The notes beneath the pieces are model-generated. The model was not told the origin of the DNA, made no database searches, and saw only the letters and a list, made by a program, of their open reading frames with translations. The position numbers were made by a program, and so were the translations under genes. Of a DNA stretch of 15,093 bases, positions 1 through 7,194 are shown in pieces. The stretch comes from an uncultured bacterium (lineage in GTDB: Bacteria > CAZSTA01). Positions within the stretch are counted from its first letter, which is position 1. Every line of letters begins with the position of its first letter. The DNA lies in contig CAZSTA010000078.1 of assembly GCA_964609495.1 (NCBI GenBank), positions 1 through 15,093 of the forward strand. The letters are read 5' to 3'.

Positions 1-157
1 AGAAACTTCCCCTCGGTACTTTGCAGGATATATAATATGATATAATATTAACATTCTATCGTGTAATTTTACAATAATATTCACTCATATATTTATCATA
101 CCACACAACAATCACAAAGGAACTCTTTTGATCAAAGGTATAATTTTTGCTTACTAT
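1..157 (+). repeat. Left copy of a direct repeat flanking the gvp cluster; the right copy is at 14081-14213. Positions 1-55 are identical to 14081-14135, then a 2-nt indel, a ~40-nt copy-1-specific insert, and ~85% identity over 106-157 versus 14161-14213.
   Basis: Direct visual alignment of the two ends of the window. The shared core is agaaacttcccctcggtactttgcaggatatataatatgatataatattaacatt. The window starts at the repeat, so it may extend further upstream. Confidence 0.85.
20..46 (+). promoter_or_regulatory. Promoter-like core inside the flank repeat. It has an extended -10 TGATATAAT at 38-46, a weak -35-like TTGCAG at 21-26 with a 14-nt spacer, and a second TATAAT at 138-143 next to the near-palindrome cttttgatcaaagg at 124-137. 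The TA-rich stretch could alternatively be read as an archaeal TATA box.
   Basis: Motif reading only: TGnTATAAT is the extended -10 consensus of sigma70 promoters. The motif lies upstream of the HTH_17 gene and gvpA. Confidence 0.4.
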
Positions 158-213
158 AGTCGTAGATGCGAGGAAGTGTGTAGTTTGTTGTATTTGGGGA
201 TGAGGAGGCGAGT

Positions 214-417
214 GTGATTAGTAAGGTTGTTTTAACACCCCGGGTTATTGCGGAATACTGCCAGGTAAGTAAGAGCGCAGTTTTAAAGTGGATCAAAGAT
301 AAGTGGTCATTATCGTATTGATGAGGAGAAATTTAGGGACTTCCTTAAGAAATATAATATGCCTATTAAGGAAGAATTTTTTGAACATAAATCTAACCAG
401 AAAGGGGGTGAAGAATA
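214..417 (+). pseudogene. Small MerR-superfamily HTH_17 (excisionase/AlpA-like) DNA-binding gene interrupted by a +1 frameshift near 302-306. Its stop codon (415-417) directly abuts the gvpA start.
   Basis: Frame 1 from GTG 214, with GGAGG SD at 205-209, reads VISKVVLTPRVIAEYCQVSKSAVLKWIKDKWSLSY*. Frame 2 from 302 reads [38 protein letters not shown]. Removing one nt around 304 yields a 68-aa HTH_17-like protein (..LKWIKDKGHYRIDEEKFRDFL..). This is either a true frameshift or a sequencing indel. Confidence 0.55.
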
Positions 418-624
418 GTGGCAGTAACAACCTCAATGGCTCCTTCAGGGTTAGCAGAGGTTCTCGACCGTATCCTGGATAAGGGTATCGTACTCGATGT
501 TTGGGTTAGAGTCTCTCTACTCGGCCTGGAGATCCTTGCTATTGAAGCAAGGGTAGTTCTTGCCGGTGTCGAGACCTACCTGAAGTATGCTGAAGCGGTT
601 GGCTTAACAGCTCCAGCAGCCTAA
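418..624 (+). CDS. gvpA: Major gas vesicle structural protein GvpA
   Basis: GTG start with SD AGGGGGTG 7 nt upstream. The protein contains [52 protein letters not shown], the canonical GvpA core. An ATG at 436 is an alternative start. Confidence 0.95.
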   Translation: MAVTTSMAPSGLAEVLDRILDKGIVLDVWVRVSLLGLEILAIEARVVLAGVETYLKYAEAVGLTAPAA

Positions 625-636
625 AGCTCACCAGGT

Positions 637-663
637 GGGACTTGCCAAGGTCCCCTTATTTAT
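637..663 (+). terminator. GC-rich hairpin (GGGAC..GTCCC) immediately after the gvpA stop, followed by the T-rich TTATTTAT. A candidate leaky terminator or attenuator that could set the gvpA:downstream transcript ratio.
   Basis: The inverted repeat is read directly. Partial termination after gvpA is well known in other gvp operons (established knowledge). Confidence 0.4.
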
Positions 664-699
664 AAGTGCACCTTGCCAAGTATTCCCTATCTGCTAGTT

Positions 700-727
700 G
701 ATGAACATTCATCATGAATGCTTCATC
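700..727 (+). promoter_or_regulatory. Extended hairpin GATGAA-CATTCA-tca-TGAATG-c-TTCATC (a ~12-bp stem) overlapping the RBS region of the next gene.
   Basis: Near-perfect inverted repeat read from sequence. It could sequester the AGGGAG SD at 732-737 and so control translation. Its function is inferred. Confidence 0.35.
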
Positions 728-741
728 AAAAGGGAGAAAAA

Positions 742-1449
742 ATGGAGGACTTAGTTTTAGACCTTATCACCTATTATGGGGATAAAGTCTCAACGGTAGA
801 GGAACTAATCACTACTGCTTATTGTGCTATATTAAACTCGGACGAAAATTTTAATGGACTTGATAGAGAGAGGGAAACTCTGAAGATTAGATTATGCGAA
901 ATGCTGGCTAAAAATTGCTCCTTCCGAAGAAAAGATTTCAATAGTTTGATGGAGAAGATCCTTGCCGATTCTGAGACAAAAAGGGTAGCGATTCAGGAAG
1001 AGCAAAATCAGGTTAAGAAGGCTCTGGGGGAATATTTAGCCCAACAGAAAGAGCTAGCAACCTATCTAAAAGGAGAGCTAATAGGATTTGTACAGGGAAA
1101 CTCAGATAGGGGGCATGTTAAGGCAATAATAAATGAAATTAAGAATATGTATAGGGATAGGGGGGAACAAATTTTTGCCCTCCTACGTAATCTTCAGTTG
1201 TATATAGAGACTTTTCAGAAGGAACAGGAGAAGATAAATCATAAATTGCAGCGGCTTGTAGAGAGAGGTGAATCTTTAAAAATAGAAGACCTAAGACAGC
1301 TTGAGGCGGCTAAAAGTCGCGAGGAGAGAAAGGCTGAAAGAAAGCTAAGGCGGGAGGAAGTGGAAGGACTATTAGCTCATTTCAAGCAGGAACGATGGGA
1401 AAGAAGTTTTTATAGGAAAAATAAGAAATCAAAGAAAGGAGGAGAATAA
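742..1449 (+). CDS. Coiled-coil protein with a GvpC-like repeat unit; a probable gas-vesicle-associated structural or scaffold protein.
   Basis: ATG 742 is preceded by AGGGAG SD; the ORF-track start at 718 lacks an SD. Charged, heptad-rich sequence. The segment DFNSLMEKILADSETKRVAIQEEQNQVKKAL matches the repeat unit of the next ORF. Stop TAA 1447-1449 overlaps the next ATG (ATAATGA). Confidence 0.6.
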   Translation: MEDLVLDLITYYGDKVSTVEELITTAYCAILNSDENFNGLDRERETLKIRLCEMLAKNCSFRRKDFNSLMEKILADSETKRVAIQEEQNQVKKALGEYLAQQKELATYLKGELIGFVQGNSDRGHVKAIINEIKNMYRDRGEQIFALLRNLQLYIETFQKEQEKINHKLQRLVERGESLKIEDLRQLEAAKSREERKAERKLRREEVEGLLAHFKQERWERSFYRKNKKSKKGGE

Positions 1450-2504
1450 TGACTATCGGTCCTGGGATGAGAGAACTTGTGCAGGAAATTACCTCTTCCC
1501 ATAAGGAAAGAACAGAAACAGTTAAGGGAATAAGGGAGGAGGCAAAGCAAATGAGGGAAGAAGCAATGGATTTAATTAGAGATTTTCAAACTACCCGAAG
1601 TAATGAGAGCGTTCAGTTAAAGGAGGAGTTAACAGAGGGAAAAAGAGAAAGGAGCTCTCTTGTTAAAGGGATGCTAGAGGATTTTCAGAATTCAAGGGGA
1701 GAAGAAGCTACTCAAATGCGTAAAGATTTAGCTCAGGGAAGTAGCGAACGTCGTTCTGAAGTTGAGAAATTACAAGAGGATGCCCGGCAAAGCATAAAAG
1801 ATTTTCACGCCCAGCGTAAGGAAGTGGGTACTCAGTTGAGAAAGGATCTTTCTACAAGCACAGCCAATAGAAGATCTGAAGTAAAAGCACTGCTGAGTGA
1901 TGCTCAGGAAATGATAGGGGGATTCCAAAGTTCAAGGGGAGAGGCGAGTTCTGAATTGAGGAAGGAACTTTCTCAGAGCGTATCCAATAACAGGGCTGAG
2001 GTGGAAGACCTCAGGAGAAACGCTAAAGCGTTAGTAAAAGATTTTAATAACACCCGTATAGAGACAGGCAAAGAATTGAAGAATGAACTGACTAAGGATA
2101 AAGCTGAGAGATTATCTGAAGTTAGAAAAATGCGGGATGATTTTCGTAGGATACGCTCGGAAGTGAGAGCAGACTTAAAAGAGGTAGCGGTAGCCTGGCA
2201 GGGATTAACAAAACCTGTAGAAGTAAAGGAAGTTGAAGTAGAAGCTCCTCCCAAAGAAGCAGAGGTTCCTATAGAAGAGGAAACTCCAACGGTAGAAGAA
2301 GTAGTTTCCGAGGAAGGAGAACGGGATTTTGAGTCAGAACTTTTAGCAATTGTCAATCGACATCCCGAAGGAATAACCCTTGTGGAATCAGCTGAGAGAT
2401 TAGGTGTCGCTTCTGTCGTTCTTGGACGAGCCTCTAAGAGTCTCTTGGACAGTGGGAAGATTCGTAAGGAAGATAGATTCTACTTCCCGGTAACAAGCGA
2501 GTAG
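1449..2504 (+). CDS. GvpC-like repeat protein with at least five ~40-aa repeats (DFxxxRxExxxxLRKxLxxxxxxRRSEVxxL) followed by an acidic linker and a C-terminal winged-helix (BirA/MarR-like) domain.
   Basis: Repeats are visible in the translation: DFQTTRSNESVQLKEEL.., DFQNSRGEEATQMRKDL.., DFHAQRKEVGTQLRKDL.., GFQSSRGEASSELRKEL.., DFNNTRIETGKELKNEL... The C-terminus LLAIVNRHPEGITLVESAERLGVASVVLGRASKSLLDSGKIRKEDRFYF fits a winged-HTH pattern. Position directly downstream of gvpA matches where gvpC sits in cyanobacteria and haloarchaea. No direct sequence identity to known GvpC is claimed. Confidence 0.7.
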   Translation: MTIGPGMRELVQEITSSHKERTETVKGIREEAKQMREEAMDLIRDFQTTRSNESVQLKEELTEGKRERSSLVKGMLEDFQNSRGEEATQMRKDLAQGSSERRSEVEKLQEDARQSIKDFHAQRKEVGTQLRKDLSTSTANRRSEVKALLSDAQEMIGGFQSSRGEASSELRKELSQSVSNNRAEVEDLRRNAKALVKDFNNTRIETGKELKNELTKDKAERLSEVRKMRDDFRRIRSEVRADLKEVAVAWQGLTKPVEVKEVEVEAPPKEAEVPIEEETPTVEEVVSEEGERDFESELLAIVNRHPEGITLVESAERLGVASVVLGRASKSLLDSGKIRKEDRFYFPVTSE

Positions 2505-2511
2505 TGATATT

Positions 2512-2913
2512 ATGAAAAGTGAAGCTCTAACAAAAGTAGGAACAGGACGTCAAATTAAAACTGGTCTTGACCTTGCAAGGAGTCAGAGTCAGAGGATAAG
2601 AACTGCCAACTCCCTTTCCCAACCGAAGGAAACTTTTGAATATCTTCAGCACCTAACCGACAGGGATGTGAAAAAGGAACTGCAGAGGGAGAAGATACGT
2701 TTTGCTACTCAGGATGCAGCAGTAGAAAAAGTAAGACGTAGAATTAGTGAATTAAGAGAAAATTTGGCGCGGACTATCAATAGAAACAGAGCTCTTACTG
2801 AATTAAGGCATGAGCTACAAAAGGCCAGATGGGAGGGTAGGGACCCAGTACCGGCGGAGAAAGAAGAGTCAAACCCTGGTCAAAAATTAAATCAGATAGA
2901 AGTGCGATATTAA
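2512..2913 (+). CDS. Hypothetical basic coiled-coil protein of 133 aa.
   Basis: Open frame with a weak RBS. Arg/Lys/Glu-rich helical composition and no recognisable family. Co-oriented within the cluster. Confidence 0.45.
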   Translation: MKSEALTKVGTGRQIKTGLDLARSQSQRIRTANSLSQPKETFEYLQHLTDRDVKKELQREKIRFATQDAAVEKVRRRISELRENLARTINRNRALTELRHELQKARWEGRDPVPAEKEESNPGQKLNQIEVRY

Positions 2914-3138
2914 TATTCGCTCATATTGGAGTAGCGTGCTTAGCTAAAGATGTCTTTATTTCATAATCACCCTCCCCTAAACCCCTCCCATCGAGGGAGG
3001 GGAAAATGGGAAGACAGTTCTATCTGGATGTCCCCTCTCCCCTCAGTGGGAGAGGGATAGGGTGAGGGTGAAAATTATTTCTTTCGCTCATTAGATCAGT
3101 CTAGCGCACCTTATGCAAATATGAGCGTTAATATTAGA
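2911..3138. repeat. A 228-bp MITE/REP-like structured element. Terminal inverted repeats TAATATTCGCTCATATT (2911-2927) and its reverse complement AATATGAGCGTTAATATTA (3118-3136) enclose an inner imperfect inverted repeat (2967-2984 / 3054-3071) and two GC-rich hairpins: CCCCTCCC-atcga-GGGAGGGG (2982-3002) and CCCTCTCCC-ctcagt-GGGAGAGGG (3033-3056).
   Basis: Nested inverted repeats read directly. The GC-rich poly-C/poly-G tracts stand out in an AT-rich intergenic region between ORF-133 and gvpN. A third partial copy of TTCGCTCAT lies at 3084-3092. Confidence 0.5.
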
Positions 3139-3152
3139 AGAGGAGGAGGATT

Positions 3153-4055
3153 ATGCAGGAAGAGCCCACAGTGCTTACTGCCCAACCAAGTGCTGATTTT
3201 GTAGAGACACCTTATATAAAGGAGCTAACAAGTCGGGCTATCGACTATATCAGAGCTGGTTTTCCCGTACACTTCAGCGGCCCAGCAGGGGTAGGAAAAA
3301 CTACATTAGCTTTACATATGGCTGCTAAGCTGGGCCGCCCGATTATATTAATCGGTGGAGACCACGAATTTAATAGTTCTGATCTAGTTGGTGGACTCTA
3401 CGGCTATCGTAGAAGATATACAAAAGACAATTTTATCCGCTCAGTTCTCAAGACTGATGAGAGTATGACTTCCCATTGGATAGACAATCGTCTCACGGTT
3501 GCATGTCAACGTGGACTTACCCTTATCTATGATGAGTTTACCAGATCACGACCAGAGGCAAATAACGTGTTACTCTCTATATTAGAAGAGAAGCTCCTTC
3601 CCCTGCCTGCCGCTAGAGGAGGAGAGAATTACTTAAGGGTACATCCCGATTTTGCAGCTATATTTACCTCTAATCCTGAAGAGTATGCTGGAGTTTACAA
3701 TAGCCAAGATGCCCTACGTGACCGTATGATAGCTATAGAACTGGGTAATTTTGATGAGGAAACAGAAGTTGCTATTACCCAGGCAAAATCTAAGCTTCCC
3801 TTAGAAGACGCCCAGCGGATCGTTAATCTGGTGAGAAAAGTTAGAGAGGTTAAATCGAACAAGCTTACCCCTACCGTAAGAGCATGCATTATGATGGGAA
3901 AGGTATTGAAGTTAAAGGGTGCATCAGCTTTCAGTTATGACCATACTTTTAAGCAGATCTGTCAGGATATCCTTATGCCTGAGATTCCCAAGGAGGAGAG
4001 AGAAAAAATAAGAGAGGTGATAGAGGATGCTCTGCTACTTAAAGGAGGATCATAG
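3153..4055 (+). CDS. gvpN: Gas vesicle AAA+ ATPase GvpN
   Basis: Strong SD AGGAGGAGGA precedes the start. Walker A FSGPAGVGKTTLALHMAAKLGRP and Walker B LIYDEF are present. Size (300 aa) and motif spacing are typical of GvpN/CbbQ-type AAA_5 proteins. Confidence 0.9.
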   Translation: MQEEPTVLTAQPSADFVETPYIKELTSRAIDYIRAGFPVHFSGPAGVGKTTLALHMAAKLGRPIILIGGDHEFNSSDLVGGLYGYRRRYTKDNFIRSVLKTDESMTSHWIDNRLTVACQRGLTLIYDEFTRSRPEANNVLLSILEEKLLPLPAARGGENYLRVHPDFAAIFTSNPEEYAGVYNSQDALRDRMIAIELGNFDEETEVAITQAKSKLPLEDAQRIVNLVRKVREVKSNKLTPTVRACIMMGKVLKLKGASAFSYDHTFKQICQDILMPEIPKEEREKIREVIEDALLLKGGS

Positions 4056-4203
4056 TTTCGCAGTTTTTGAAGATACTAAACTGAAAACTCCGTTTCCAAG
4101 TGGAATTAAGTCTATACTCAGTAGATCGCAATGCTAATATTTTATTCACTAAAGGATACATTTTGTGGTTAAAAATCGTCGAACTTTTTTAGAAAAGGGC
4201 TTG

Positions 4204-4236
4204 TTTTGTCCAGATTTTGCAGGAAAAAGGACAAAA
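4204..4236. promoter_or_regulatory. Perfect 8-bp inverted repeat TTTTGTCC-N17-GGACAAAA in the 374-bp AT-rich region upstream of hsp20/cdc48. The spacer contains TTTGCAGGA, the same 9-mer that lies inside the flank-repeat promoter core (20-28 and 14100-14108). A small hairpin TTTTGC-gga-GCAAAA lies at 4290-4304.
   Basis: Read directly from sequence. The operator-like geometry suggests binding by a dimeric HTH regulator. Function is inferred. Confidence 0.35.
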
Positions 4237-4429
4237 ATTATCCACCTTTGTGATCTAATGATACTTCGTATTAGCTCTGCATAACCGTATTTTGCGGAGC
4301 AAAACCAAATATTTTGGGATAGAGGAGGATATGTGTAACAAATTCTGCAAAAATTCTTATTAATAGTAGATTTTTGTATTTATGCTAAGCATAATTGAAA
4401 AATCTGTGAAAGTATAGAGGTGATAGTAT

Positions 4430-4927
4430 ATGGCTGAAAAGGAAGAGAAGGATAGAATTGAGATAGACTTTTTTGGGGGACTCTTTAAAGAGATTGGGAA
4501 CCTTATTGATCGTGCCTCCAAGATGGGGGAGGAAGGATTTGAAGAAACAGGGGAGATAAAATTCCCCAAGGGAGGTAAGGCAGTATATGGTATTAGTGTA
4601 AGGACTCTAGCAGGTAAGCCAGTAATAGAGAGATTTGGGAATGTGAAGGAGACCTCTAAAGGTCCAGTGGTGGAAGAGGTTAGAGAGCCAATCGTTGATG
4701 TTTTTGACGAAAAAGATCATATCCTTGTTATTGCTGAATTGCCCGGTGTATCGGAAGAGGATATAAAAATCGAAGTTTCTGGAGATGTTTTTAACCTTAC
4801 CGCCTCTAGTAAAGGTAGGAAATATGCTAAGGAGCTCCTTCTGCCGGCTAAAGTAAAAGCAGAGCCCCTTAAGAGTTCCTACCGGAATGGAATTTTAGAA
4901 ATTACATTGGAAAAGATAGAGAGCTAG
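4430..4927 (+). CDS. Hsp20/alpha-crystallin-domain small heat-shock protein (GvpH-like)
   Basis: SD GAGGTGA precedes the start. The alpha-crystallin-domain signature VDVFDEKDHILVIAELPGVSEEDIKIEV...YRNGILEITLEK is present. Haloarchaeal GvpH is Hsp20-family (established knowledge). Confidence 0.85.
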   Translation: MAEKEEKDRIEIDFFGGLFKEIGNLIDRASKMGEEGFEETGEIKFPKGGKAVYGISVRTLAGKPVIERFGNVKETSKGPVVEEVREPIVDVFDEKDHILVIAELPGVSEEDIKIEVSGDVFNLTASSKGRKYAKELLLPAKVKAEPLKSSYRNGILEITLEKIES

Positions 4928-5013
4928 TGTCAACTTACCCCTACTGATTGTAACACGAAGTATAGACTGAATCAGGAGAGGTTTCCGTGCCTGATTTAAG
5001 AGGAGGTAAATGA

Positions 5014-7194
5014 ATGGCTATGCGGGCAACCAGGGATGATGTAAAAGCATTAAACCTTCGTGTTGCTGAGGCAAAACCTAAAGATGTTGGAAGGGGGATT
5101 ATACGGATAGACCCCCAGGACTTTGAGAAGATAGGGGTAGATGTAGGAGATATTATTCAAATTGAGGGAAAGAGAAGGACCGTAGCTAAGGTTATGCCCG
5201 CTTATCCTGAAGACCGTGGCAAGTCCATTATCCAGATGGATGGAATTTTACGGAGCAATGCCCAGATCTCTCTTGATGAAAAGGTAACTGTTCAAAAGAT
5301 TAGAAGTTCCCCGGCAGATAAGATAGTAATAAGTCCGTTGACTCTGACAAGATTAAGCCGGGAGAGTGACACTAGATATATCGGCACCCTCCTGGATGGA
5401 TTGCCCCTAATAGAGGGGGATATTATTAGAGCCAATCTATTTGGGACTCGTAGTCAGGATTTTACAGTTCTTAGTACTATCCCAAAGGGGGTAGTGCTGA
5501 TTAACCCAGGAACTATAATTGAAGTGAAAAAAAAGGAAGAGATAGAGGCTAAAGGGTCCAAAATTTCTTACGAAGATATTGGGGGGTTAAGTAAAGAATT
5601 ACAGAAGGTTAGAGAAATGATCGAGCTTCCTCTGAAATACCCTGAGATTTTTGAGCGTTTGGGGATAGACCCTCCAAAGGGAGTATTACTCTATGGACCT
5701 CCTGGATGTGGTAAGACGTTAATTGCCCGTGCTGTAGCGAATGAGACCTCGGCCTATTTTACCCATATTACTGGTCCAGAGATTATGGGGAAATATTATG
5801 GTGAGAGTGAGAGCCGACTGAGAATGGTTTTTGCAAAAGCACAAACTAATACACCTGCTATTATATTCATTGATGAAATCGATGCTATTGCCCCCAAAAG
5901 AGAGGAAATGGGAGGAGAAAAACAGGTAGAGAGGAGAGTAGTTGCTCAGCTGCTCTCTCTAATGGACGGATTAGAGTCACGTGGTAATGTAATCGTTATT
6001 GCTGCAACGAATATTCCTAATTCTATCGATCCTGCTTTAAGAAGACCAGGGAGATTTGATAGGGAAATTGAGATCAGTATCCCTGACCAAAGGGGACGCC
6101 TGGAGATTTTGCAGATTCATACCCGTGGTATGCCTCTAGCTCAGGATGTAGATTTAGCTCAGGATATAGATTTAGAAAAGTTATCCCAGATCACCCATGG
6201 TTTTGTTGGTGCTGATTTGGAAGCGTTATGTCGTGAGGCAGCGATGAATGTATTGAGGAGGATAATGCCGGATATTGATTTTCAATGGTGTGGGATTCCC
6301 TATGAGACTCTATTACAGCTCGAAGTAACAATGGCTGATTTTGGAGAGGCTTTAAAGGAAGTAGAACCTTCAGCTATCAGAGAGGTCTTTATTGAGATTC
6401 CAAATGTGAAATGGGAAGATGTAGGGGGTTTGGGATATATAAAGCAAAAGTTAATGGAAGCTGTAGAATGGCCATCTAAATATTCTATTCTATTTGAGAA
6501 GGCAAAGATAAGACATCCGAAGGGAATTCTCTTTTCTGGACCTCCAGGTACAGGTAAAACACTAGTGGCTAAAGCATTGGCTAATGAAAGTGGGGTTAAT
6601 TTTATCTCAGTTAAAGGTCCTGAATTGATGAGCAAATATATAGGGGAATCAGAAAGAGGGGTAAGAGAGGTGTTTAGGAAGGCAAAACAGGCCAGTCCCT
6701 GTATTATCTTCTTCGATGAATTTGAATCGTTGGTCCCTGAGAGGGGGCCCTCCTCGGATTCTCAGGTTACAGAGAGGGTGATTAGTCAATTCCTTACCGA
6801 GCTCGATGGACTGGAAGAACTGAAAGGTGTACTAGTTCTAGCTGCTACTAATAGAAGAGACCTTATTGATCCTGCTATTTTAAGACCTGGAAGGTTTGAT
6901 TTTATTCTGGGATTTCCACTCCCTGATGAAAGCACAAGGGAAGAGATCTTCAAGGTTCATACGAGAGGAAAACCTCTGGCTCCTGATGTTAGTCTAAAAG
7001 GACTAGCTAGGAAGATGGATGATATGTCCGGTGCAGATATAGAAGCCATCTGTCGAGAAGCTTCTATGATAGCAATTAGAGAAGCTATTAGAGATGAATG
7101 TATGGATAATTTTCGGATCTCTCAAAAGTATTTTGATATGGCTATTGAATGGTTGAAGAGGCAGAAAGGAGAAATGGATGTCTTACCAGGGTAG
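5014..7194 (+). CDS. CDC48/VCP-like AAA+ ATPase with a CDC48_N domain and two AAA domains.
   Basis: The N-domain reads [27 protein letters not shown]. Walker A motifs are GPPGCGKT (D1) and GPPGTGKT (D2); Walker B motifs are IIFIDEID and IIFFDEFE. The protein is 726 aa, with SD AGGAGGT 6 nt upstream. The first 9 codons and RBS are shared with gvpJ. Confidence 0.9.
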   Translation: MAMRATRDDVKALNLRVAEAKPKDVGRGIIRIDPQDFEKIGVDVGDIIQIEGKRRTVAKVMPAYPEDRGKSIIQMDGILRSNAQISLDEKVTVQKIRSSPADKIVISPLTLTRLSRESDTRYIGTLLDGLPLIEGDIIRANLFGTRSQDFTVLSTIPKGVVLINPGTIIEVKKKEEIEAKGSKISYEDIGGLSKELQKVREMIELPLKYPEIFERLGIDPPKGVLLYGPPGCGKTLIARAVANETSAYFTHITGPEIMGKYYGESESRLRMVFAKAQTNTPAIIFIDEIDAIAPKREEMGGEKQVERRVVAQLLSLMDGLESRGNVIVIAATNIPNSIDPALRRPGRFDREIEISIPDQRGRLEILQIHTRGMPLAQDVDLAQDIDLEKLSQITHGFVGADLEALCREAAMNVLRRIMPDIDFQWCGIPYETLLQLEVTMADFGEALKEVEPSAIREVFIEIPNVKWEDVGGLGYIKQKLMEAVEWPSKYSILFEKAKIRHPKGILFSGPPGTGKTLVAKALANESGVNFISVKGPELMSKYIGESERGVREVFRKAKQASPCIIFFDEFESLVPERGPSSDSQVTERVISQFLTELDGLEELKGVLVLAATNRRDLIDPAILRPGRFDFILGFPLPDESTREEIFKVHTRGKPLAPDVSLKGLARKMDDMSGADIEAICREASMIAIREAIRDECMDNFRISQKYFDMAIEWLKRQKGEMDVLPG
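6139..6174 (+). repeat. In-frame 18-nt tandem duplication (gctcaggatGtagattta / gctcaggatAtagattta) encoding [12 protein letters not shown] in the D1-D2 linker of the CDC48-like gene.
   Basis: Seen directly; one mismatch between copies. Confidence 0.8.

Noticed and set aside
625-690. Two copies of CTTGCCAAGGT 31 bp apart downstream of gvpA (641-651 and 672-682), a possible regulator site
   Set aside because: They are only 9-11 bp, are partly explained by the hairpin at 637-654, and no third copy occurs elsewhere. Noted but not strong enough to call.
1973-2356. 127-aa minus-strand ORF, Ser/Thr-rich and of low complexity
   Set aside because: It is antisense to the repeat-protein gene. Its composition mirrors the codon periodicity of the sense repeats, and it has no RBS or family resemblance.
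2951-3061. 36-codon ORF (MSLFHNHPPLNPSHRGRGKWEDSSIWMSPLPSVGEG) inside the 2911-3138 element
   Set aside because: It is composed of the poly-C/poly-G hairpin arms (hence Pro/Gly-rich), has no RBS, and is better explained as structured DNA or RNA.
3695-3889. Minus-strand ORFs of 61-111 aa at 3695-3889, 6300-6635, 7142-7357, 8259-8444, 8475-8726, 10280-10537, 11192-11401 and 11489-11737
   Set aside because: All lie fully antisense to well-supported gvp, cdc48 or hsp20 genes, have biased low-complexity composition and lack start contexts. They are treated as shadow ORFs.
4360-4569. 69-aa minus-strand ORF spanning the hsp20 start region
   Set aside because: It overlaps the hsp20 RBS and start on the opposite strand. 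It is low-complexity and most likely spurious.
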